NCBI GenBank assembly: GCA_043228905.1
Contig: JBHGNT010000044.1
Coordinates: forward strand, 62,001 to 126,000
DNA: 64,000 bases
Direction: 5' to 3'
Source of the DNA: Azolla caroliniana
Taxonomy: Eukaryota > Plantae > Polypodiophyta
The notes under the pieces are model-generated. The model made no database searches. It was not told the origin of the DNA and saw only the letters and a list, made by a program, of their open reading frames with translations. Position 1 is the stretch's first letter. Every line of letters starts with the position of its first letter. Both the position numbers and the translations under genes were made by a program. Below are positions 54,501 through 64,000 of this stretch, piece after piece.

Positions 54501-56120
54501 TGAAGAAATTAGCAAACTTGAGGAGTGAGTTCAGAAGACCAAGTAGGTAAATTAAAATGTTCATACCTGGCTCGTGTGATATCGGATTTTTGTGTTCAAA
54601 CATGCGAATCGAAGCTAACAACGCTAGCTCTGATATGGAATTAAAAAATCAAGATTTTGAAACTCAGGTAAAGAGACATGAAGAAATTAGCAAACTTGAG
54701 GAGTGAGTTGAGAAGACCTAGTAGGTAAATTAAAATGTTCATACCTGGCTCGTGTGAAATCGGATTTTTGTGTTCAAACATGCGAATCGAAGCTAACAAC
54801 GCTAGCTATGATATGAAATTAAAAAATCAAGATTTTGAAACTCAGGTCAAGAGACATGAAGAAATTAGCAAACTTGAGGAGTGAGTTGAGAACACCTTGT
54901 AGGTAAAATTAAAATGTTCATACCTGGCTCGTGTGATATCGGATTTTTGTGTTCAAACATGCGCATCGAAGCTAACAATGCTAGCTACGATATCGAATTA
55001 AAAAATCAAGATTTTGAAACTCTGGACGAGAGACATGATGAAAATAGAAAACTTGGGGAGGGAGTTGAGAGGAGCCCTTGAGTAAATTAAAATGTTCATA
55101 CCTGGCTCGTGTGCTATCGGATTTTTGTGTTCAAACATGCGTATCGAAGCTAACAACGCTAGCTATGATATGGAATTAAAAAATCAAGATTTTCAAACTC
55201 AGGTCAAGAGACATGAAGAAATTAGCAAAATTGAGGACTGAGTTGAGAAGACCTAGTAGGTAAAGTAAAATGTTCATACCTGGCTCGTGTGAAATCGGAT
55301 TTTTGTGTTCAAACATGCGAATCGAAGCTAACAACGCTAGCTATGATATGGAATTAAAAACTCAAGATTTTGAAACTCAGGTCAAGAGACATGAAGAAAT
55401 TAGCAAAATTGAGGACTGAGTTGAGAAGACCTAGTAGGTAAAGTAAAATGTTCATACCTGGCTCGTGTGAAATCGGATTTTTGTGTTCAAACATGCGAAT
55501 CGAAGCTAACAACGCTAGCTATGATATGGAATTAAAAACTCAAGATTTTGAAACTCAGGTCAAGAGACATGAAGAAATTAGCAAACTTGAGGTGTGAGTT
55601 CAGAAGACCAAGTAGGTAAATTAAAATGTTCATAACTGGCTCGTGTGATATCAGATTTTTGTGTTCAAACATGCGAATCGAAGCTAACAACGCTAGCTAT
55701 GATATGGAATTAAAAAATCAAGATTTTGAAACTCAGGTAAAGAGACATGAAGAAATTAGCAAACTTGAGGAGGGAGTTGAGAGGAGCCCTTGAGTAAATT
55801 AAAATGTTCATACCTCGCTCGTGTGATATCGGATTTTTGTGTTCAAACATGCGAATCGAAGCTAACAACGCTAGCTATCATATGGAATTAAAAAATCAAG
55901 ATTTTGAAACTCAGGTCAAGAGACATGAAGAAATTAGCAAACTTGAGGAGTGAGTTGAGAACACCTAGTAGGTAAATTAAAATGTTCATACCTGGCTCGT
56001 GTGATATCGGATTTTTGTGTTCAAACATGCGAATCGAAGCTAACAACGCTAGCTATGATATGGAATTAAAAACTCAAGATTTTGAAACTCAGGTCAAGAG
56101 ACATGAAGAAATTAGCAAAC
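48592..56120 (+). repeat. 21-monomer tandem duplication (3741 bp x2) containing a nested 891-bp (5-monomer offset) repeat
   Basis: Offset 3741 for tacgtg 48688/52429, ttttcg 50138/53879, ctctgg 51282/55023 and cctcgc 52075/55816; ORF track copies at 48895/49786 and 52636/53527 show the nested 891 spacing. Confidence 0.93.
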
Positions 56121-57687
56121 TTGAGGAGTGAGTTCAGAAGACCAAGTAGGTAAATTAAAATGTTCATACCTGGCTCGTGTGATATCGGATTTTTGTGTTC
56201 AAACATGCGAATCGAAGCTAACAACGCTAGCTATGATATGGAATTAAAAACTCAAGATTTTGAAACTCAGGTCAAGAGACATGAAGAAATTAGCAAACTT
56301 GAGGAGTGAGTTCAGAAGACCAAGTAGGTAAATTAAAATGTTCATACCTGGCTCGTGTGATATCGGATTTTTGTGTTCAAACATGCGAATCGAAGCTAAC
56401 AACGCTAGCTATGATATGGAATTAAAAAATCAAGATTTTGAAACTCAGGTCAAGAGACATGAAGAAATTAGCAAACTTGAGGAGTGAGTTCAGAAGACCA
56501 AGTAGGTAAATTAAAATGTTCATACCTGGCTCGTGTGATATCGGATTTTTGTGTTCAAACATGCGAATCGAAGCTAACAACGCTAGCTCTGATATGGAAT
56601 TAAAAAATCAAGATTTTGAAACTCAGGTAAAGAGACATGAAGAAATTAGCAAACTTGAGGACTGAGTTGAGAAGACCTAGTAGGTAAATTAAAATGTTCA
56701 TACCTGGCTCGTGTGAAATCGGATTTTTGTGTTCAAACATGCGAATCGAAGCTAACAACGCTAGCTATGATATGGAATTAAAAACTCAAGATTTTGAAAC
56801 TCAGGTCAAGAGACATGAAGAAATTAGCAAAATTGAGGACTGAGTTGAGAAGACCTAGTAGGTAAAGTAAAATGTTCATACCTGGCTCGTGTGAAATCGG
56901 ATTTTTGTGTTCAAACATGCGAATCGAAGCTAACAACGCTAGCTATGATATGGAATTAAAAACTCAAGATTTTGAAACTCAGGTCAAGAGACATGAAGAA
57001 ATTAGCAAACTTGAGGTGTGAGTTCAGAAGACCAAGTAGGTAAATTAAAATGTTCATAACTGGCTCGTGTGATATCGGATTTTTGTGTTCAAACATGCGA
57101 ATCGAAGCTAACAACGCTAGCTATGATATGGAATTAAAAAATCAAGATTTTCAAACTCAGGTCAAGAGACATGAAGAAATTAGCAAAATTGAGGACTGAG
57201 TTGAGAAGACCTAGTAGGTAAAGTAAAATGTTCATACCTGGCTCGTGTGAAATCGGATTTTTGTGTTCAAACATGCGAATCGAAGCTAACAACGCTAGCT
57301 ATGATATGGAATTAAAAACTCAAGATTTTGAAACTCAGGTCAAGAGACATGAAGAAATTAGCAAACTGGAGGTGTGAGTTCAGAAGACCAAGTAGGTAAA
57401 TTAAAATGTTCATAACTGGCTCGTGTGATATCAGATTTTTGTGTTCAAACATGCGAATCGAAGCTAACAACGCTAGCTCTGATATGGAATTAAAAAATCA
57501 AGATTTTGAAACTCAGGTAAAGAGACATGAAGAAATTAGCAAACTTGAGGACTGAGTTGAGAAGACCTAGTAGGTAAATTAAAATGTTCATACCTGGCTC
57601 GTGTGAAATCGGATTTTTGTGTTCAAACATGCGAATCGAAGCTAACAACGCTAGCTGTGATATGAAATTAAAAAATCAAGATTTTGA

Positions 57688-59111
57688 AACTCAGGTCAAG
57701 AGACATGAAGAAATTAGCAAACTTGAGGTGTGAGTTCAGAAGACCAAGTAGGTAAATTAAAATGTTCATAACTGGCTCGTGTGATATCAGATTTTTGTGT
57801 TCAAACATGCGAATCGAAGCTAACAACGCTAGCTATGATATGGAATTAAAAAATCAAGATTTTGAAACTCAGGTAAAGAGACATGAAGAAATTAGCAAAC
57901 TTGAGGAGGGAGTTGAGAGGAGCCCTTGAGTAAATTAAAATGTTCATACCTCGCTCGTGTGATATCGGATTTTTGTGTTCAAACATGCGAATCGAAGCTA
58001 ACAACGCTAGCTATCATATGGAATTAAAAAATCAAGATTTTGACACTCAAGTCAAGAGACATGAAGAAATTAGCAAACTTGAGGAGTGAGTTGAGAACAC
58101 CTAGTAGGTAAATTAAAATGTTCATACCTGGCTCGTGTGATATCGGATTTTTGTGTTCAAACATGCGAATCGAAGCTAACAACGCTAGCTATGATATGGA
58201 ATTAAAAACTCAAGATTTTGAAACTCAGGTCAAGAGACATGAAGAAATTAGCAAACTTGAGGAGTGAGTTCAGAAGACCAAGTAGGTAAATTAAAATGTT
58301 CATACCTGGCTCGTGTGATATCGGATTTTTGTGTTCAAACATGCGAATCGAAGCTAACAACGCTAGCTATGATATGGAATTAAAAACTCAAGATTTTGAA
58401 ACTCAGGTCAAGAGACATGAAGAAATTAGCAAACTTGAGGAGTGAGTTCAGAAGACCAAGTAGGTAAATTAAAATGTTCATAACTGGCTCGTGTGATATC
58501 AGATTTTTGTGTTCAAACATGCGAATCGAAGCTAACAACGCTAGCTATGATATGGAATTAAAAAATCAAGATTTTGAAACTCAGGTAAAGAGACATGAAG
58601 AAATTAGCAAACTTGAGGAGGGAGTTGAGAGGAGCCCTTGAGTAAATTAAAATGTTCATACCTCGCTCGTGTGATATCGGATTTTTGTGTTCAAACATGC
58701 GAATCGAAGCTAACAACGCTAGCTATCATATGGAATTAAAAAATCAAGATTTTGACACTCAAGTCAAGAGACATGAAGAAATTAGCAAACTTGAGGAGTG
58801 AGTTGAGAACACCTAGTAGGTAAATTAAAATGTTCATACCTGGCTCGTGTGATATCGGATTTTTGTGTTCAAACATGCGAATCGAAGCTAACAACGCTAG
58901 CTATGATATGGAATTAAAAACTCAAGATTTTGAAACTCAGGTCAAGAGACATGAAGAAATTAGCAAACTTGAGGAGTGAGTTCAGAAGACCAAGTAGGTA
59001 AATTAAAATGTTCATACCTGGCTCGTGTGATATCGGATTTTTGTGTTCAAACATGCGAATCGAAGCTAACAACGCTAGCTATGATATGGAATTAAAAACT
59101 CAAGATTTTGA
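57688..59111 (+). repeat. 4-monomer higher-order unit (712 bp x2), recurring at about 60.2 kb and 63.0-64.0 kb
   Basis: 'cctcgctcg' D monomer at 57952, 58664 (offset 712), 60444 and 63293, each preceded by an E monomer with 'cataact..atcag' and followed by a 'gacactcaag..aacacc' C monomer. Confidence 0.82.
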
Positions 59112-62100
59112 AACTCAGGTCAAGAGACATGAAGAAATTAGCAAACTTGAGGAGTGAGTTCAGAAGACCAAGTAGGTAAATTAAAATGTTCATACCTGGC
59201 TCGTGTGATATCGGATTTTTGTGTTCAAACATGCGAATCGAAGCTAACAACGCTAGCTATGATATGGAATTAAAAACTCAAGATTTTGAAACTCAGGTCA
59301 AGAGACATGAAGAAATTAGCAAACTTGAGGAGTGAGTTCAGAAGACCAAGTAGGTAAATTAAAATGTTCATACCTGGCTCGTGTGATATCGGATTTTTGT
59401 GTTCAAACATGCGAATCGAAGCTAACAACGCTAGCTCTGATATGGAATTAAAAACTCAAGATTTTGAAACTCAGGTCAAGAGACATGAAGAAATTAGCAA
59501 ACTTGAGGTGTGAGTTCAGAAGACCAAGTAGGTAAATTAAAATGGTCATAACTGGCTCGTGTGATATCAGATTTTTGTGTTCAAACATGCGAATCGAAGC
59601 TAACAACGCTAGCTATGATATGGAATTAAAAAATCAAGATTTTGAAACTCAAGTCAAGAGACATGAAGAAATTAGCAAACTTGAGGAGGGAGTTGAGAAC
59701 ACCTAGTAGGTAAATTAAAATGTTCATACCTGGCTCGTGTGATATCGGATTTTTGTGTTCAAACATGCGAATCGAAGCTAACAACGCTAGCTATGATATG
59801 GAATTAAAAAATCAAGATTTTCAAACTCAGGTCAAGAGACATGAAGAAATTAGCAAAATTGAGGACTGAGTTGAGAAGACCTAGTAGGTAAAGTAAAATG
59901 TTCATACCTGGCTCGTGTGAAATCGGATTTTTGTGTTCAAACATGCGAATCGAAGCTAACAACGCTAGCTATGATATGGAATTAAAAAATCAAGATTTTC
60001 AAACTCAGGTCAAGAGACATGAAGAAATTAGCAAAATTGAGGACTGAGTTGAGAAGACCTAGTAGGTAAAGTAAAATGTTCATACCTGGCTCGTGTGAAA
60101 TCGGATTTTTGTGTTCAAACATGCGAATCGAAGCTAACAACGCTAGCTATGATATGGAATTAAAAACTCAAGATTTTGAAACTCAGGTCAAGAGACATGA
60201 AGAAATTAGCAAACTTGAGGAGTGAGTTCAGAAGACCAAGTAGGTAAATTAAAATGTTCATAACTGGCTCGTGTGATATCAGATTTTTGTGTTCAAACAT
60301 GCGAATCGAAGCTAACAACGCTAGCTATGATATGGAATTAAAAAATCAAGATTTTGAAACTCAGGTAAAGAGACATGAAGAAATTAGCAAACTTGAGGAG
60401 GGAGTTGAGAGGAGCCCTTGAGTAAATTAAAATGTTCATACCTCGCTCGTGTGATATCGGATTTTTGTGTTCAAACATGCGAATCGAAGCTAACAACGCT
60501 AGCTATCATATGGAATTAAAAAATCAAGATTTTGACACTCAAGTCAAGAGACATGAAGAAATTAGCAAACTTGAGGAGTGAGTTGAGAACACCTAGTAGG
60601 TAAATTAAAATGTTCATACCTGGCTCGTGTGATATCGGATTTTTGTGTTCAAACATGCGAATCGAAGCTAACAACGCTAGCTATGATATGGAATTAAAAA
60701 CTCAAGATTTTGAAACTCAGGTCAAGAGACATGAAGAAATTAGCAAACTTGAGGAGTGAGTTCAGAAGACCAAGTAGGTAAATTAAAATGTTCATACCTG
60801 GCTCGTGTGATATCGGATTTTTGTGTTCAAACATGCGAATCGAAGCTAACAACGCTAGCTATGATATGGAATTAAAAACTCAAGATTTTGAAACTCAGGT
60901 CAAGAGACATGAAGAAATTAGCAAACTTGAGGAGTGAGTTCAGAAGACCAAGTAGGTAAATTAAAATGTTCATACCTGGCTCGTGTGATATCGGATTTTT
61001 GTGTTCAAACATGCGAATCGAAGCTAACAACGCTAGCTCTGATATGGAATTAAAAAATCAAGATTTTGAAACTCAGGTAAAGAGACATGAAGAAATTAGC
61101 AAACTTGAGGACTGAGTTGAGAAGACCTAGTAGGTAAATTAAAATGTTCATACCTGGCTCGTGTGAAATCGGATTTTTGTGTTCAAACATGCGAATCGAA
61201 GCTAACAACGCTAGCTATGATATGAAATTAAAAAATCAAGATTTTGAAACTCAGGTCAAGAGACATGAAGAAATTAGCAAACTTGAGGAGTGAGTTGAGA
61301 ACACCTAGTAGGTAAAATTAAAATGTTCATACCTGGCTCGTGTGATATCGGATTTTTGTGTTCAAACATGCGCATCGAAGCTAACAATGCTAGCTACGAT
61401 ATCGAATTAAAAAATCAAGATTTTGAAACTCTGGACGAGAGACATGATGAAAATAGAAAACTTGGGGAGGGAGTTGAGAGGAGCCCTTGAGTAAATTAAA
61501 ATGTTCATACCTGGCTCGTGTGCTATCGGATTTTTGTGTTCAAACATGCGTATCGAAGCTAACAACGCTAGCTATGATATGGAATTAAAAAATCAAGATT
61601 TTCAAACTCAGGTCAAGAGACATGAAGAAATTAGCAAAATTGAGGACTGAGTTGAGAAGACCTAGTAGGTAAAGTAAAATGTTCATACCTGGCTCGTGTG
61701 AAATCGGATTTTTGTGTTCAAACATGCGAATCGAAGCTAACAACGCTAGCTATGATATGGAATTAAAAACTCAAGATTTTGAAACTCAGGTCAAGAGACA
61801 TGAAGAAATTAGCAAACTTGAGGTGTGAGTTCAGAAGACCAAGTAGGTAAATTAAAATGGTCATAACTGGCTCGTGTGATATCAGATTTTTGTGTTCAAA
61901 CATGCGAATCGAAGCTAACAACGCTAGCTATGATATGGAATTAAAAAATCAAGATTTTGAAACTCAAGTCAAGAGACATGAAGAAATTAGCAAACTTGAG
62001 GAGGGAGTTGAGAACACCTAGTAGGTAAATTAAAATGTTCATACCTGGCTCGTGTGATATCGGATTTTTGTGTTCAAACATGCGAATCGAAGCTAACAAC

Positions 62101-64000
62101 GCTAGCTATGATATGGAATTAAAAACTCAAGATTTTGAAACTCAGGTCAAGAGACATGAAGAAATTAGCAAACTTGAGGAGTGAGTTCAGAAGACCAAGT
62201 AGGTAAATTAAAATGTTCATACCTGGCTCGTGTGATATCGGATTTTTGTGTTCAAACATGCGAATCGAAGCTAACAACGCTAGCTATGATATGGAATTAA
62301 AAACTCAAGATTTTGAAACTCAGGTCAAGAGACATGAAGAAATTAGCAAACTTGAGGAGTGAGTTCAGAAGACCAAGTAGGTAAATTAAAATGTTCATAC
62401 CTGGCTCGTGTGATATCGGATTTTTGTGTTCAAACATGCGAATCGAAGCTAACAACGCTAGCTCTGATATGGAATTAAAAACTCAAGATTTTGAAACTCA
62501 GGTCAAGAGACATGAAGAAATTAGCAAACTTGAGGTGTGAGTTCAGAAGACCAAGTAGGTAAATTAAAATGGTCATAACTGGCTCGTGTGATATCAGATT
62601 TTTGTGTTCAAACATGCGAATCGAAGCTAACAACGCTAGCTATCATATGGAATTAAAAAATCAAGATTTTGAAACTCAAGTCAAGAGACATGAAGAAATT
62701 AGCAAACTTGAGGAGGGAGTTGAGAACACCTAGTAGGTAAATTAAAATGTTCATACCTGGCTCGTGTGATATCGGATTTTTGTGTTCAAACATGCGAATC
62801 GAAGCTAACAACGCTAGCTATGATATGGAATTAAAAAATCAAGATTTTCAAACTCAGGTCAAGAGACATGAAGAAATTAGCAAAATTGAGGACTGAGTTG
62901 AGAAGACCTAGTAGGTAAAGTAAAATGTTCATACCTGGCTCGTGTGAAATCGGATTTTTGTGTTCAAACATGCGAATCGAAGCTAACAACGCTAGCTATG
63001 ATATGGAATTAAAAACTCAAGATTTTGAAACTCAGGTCAAGAGACATGAAGAAATTAGCAAACTTGAGGTGTGAGTTCAGAAGACCAAGTAGGTAAATTA
63101 AAATGTTCATAACTGGCTCGTGTGATATCAGATTTTTGTGTTCAAACATGCGAATCGAAGCTAACAACGCTAGCTATGATATGGAATTAAAAAATCAAGA
63201 TTTTGAAACTCAGGTAAAGAGACATGAAGAAATTAGCAAACTTGAGGAGGGAGTTGAGAGGAGCCCTTGAGTAAATTAAAATGTTCATACCTCGCTCGTG
63301 TGATATCGGATTTTTGTGTTCAAACATGCGAATCGAAGCTAACAACGCTAGCTATCATATGGAATTAAAAAATCAAGATTTTGACACTCAAGTCAAGAGA
63401 CATGAAGAAATTAGCAAACTTGAGGAGTGAGTTGAGAACACCTAGTAGGTAAATTAAAATGTTCATACCTGGCTCGTGTGATATCGGATTTTTGTGTTCA
63501 AACATGCGAATCGAAGCTAACAACGCTAGCTATGATATGGAATTAAAAACTCAAGATTTTGAAACTCAGGTCAAGAGACATGAAGAAATTAGCAAACTTG
63601 AGGAGTGAGTTCAGAAGACCAAGTAGGTAAATTAAAATGTTCATACCTGGCTCGTGTGATATCGGATTTTTGTGTTCAAACATGCGAATCGAAGCTAACA
63701 ACGCTAGCTATGATATGGAATTAAAAACTCAAGATTTTGAAACTCAGGTCAAGAGACATGAAGAAATTAGAAAACTTGAGGAGTGAGTTCAGAAGACCAA
63801 GTAGGTAAATTAAAATGTTCATAACTGGCTCGTGTGATATCAGATTTTTGTGTTCAAACATGCGAATCGAAGCTAACAACGCTAGCTATGATATGGAATT
63901 AAAAAATCAAGATTTTGAAACTCAGGTAAAGAGACATGAAGAAATTAGCAAACTTGAGGAGGGAGTTGAGAGGAGCCCTTGAGTAAATTAAAATGTTCAT

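Larger units (their letters stand above)
1..64000 (+). repeat. 178-bp tandem satellite array (putative centromeric/pericentromeric satellite), about 359.5 monomers, single orientation
   Basis: The motif aactc(a/g)gg recurs at 1, 179, 357, 535... and last at 63919 (=1+359x178+16). A near-invariant core 'taaaatgttcatacctggctcgtgtg..atcggatttttgtgttcaaacatgcgaatcgaagctaacaa' is in every unit and no non-satellite insertion is visible. Strand is arbitrary. The satellite call is direct; the centromeric role is inference. Confidence 0.98.

Noticed and set aside
1-64000. CRISPR-like reading (conserved core as repeat, variable part as spacer)
   Set aside because: Variable parts are homologous alleles rather than unique spacers, the 178-bp unit is far too long, and there are no cas genes or leader.
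1-64000. Centromeric retrotransposon insertion, inversion or telomeric repeats
   Set aside because: Monomer phase is continuous from 1 to 63919 (drift explained by 1-bp indels) and orientation never flips, leaving no room for an insertion.
1-64000. A single regular array-wide HOR or encoded subtype 'message'
   Set aside because: Periods vary locally (1-39 monomers) and the order is explained by nested duplications and deletions.

Overview
The whole 64 kb window is one uninterrupted, head-to-tail tandem satellite array with a 178-bp monomer (about 38% GC in the first monomer). It holds 359 complete monomers plus an 82-bp partial (63919-64000), all in one orientation. I see no genes, RNA genes, transposons or unique DNA, and the eight ORFs are by-products of monomer SNPs. 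Unit length and organisation resemble a eukaryotic (plausibly plant) centromeric satellite, but I do not recognise the family, and it does not match Arabidopsis CEN178 or alpha-satellite as I recall them. The informative structure is in the variants. There are several monomer subtypes: A 'atgaaaatagaaaac..ggagccc', B 'acgaaattaccaaattt..aagagccc..gact', C 'agaaattagcaaac..agacctagtagg', D a C/A hybrid, and E 'ttcagaagaccaagtagg'. These form nested, non-uniform higher-order duplications of 3, 4, 5, 6, 7, 10, 18, 21 and 39 monomers. The array also shows chimeric monomers marking in-register breakpoints, very strict length conservation, and a subtype turnover at about 43-48 kb into a simpler C/E-dominated domain. 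Offsets were counted by hand from diagnostic SNPs; block boundaries are approximate. I found no evidence of a new protein- or RNA-coding system.
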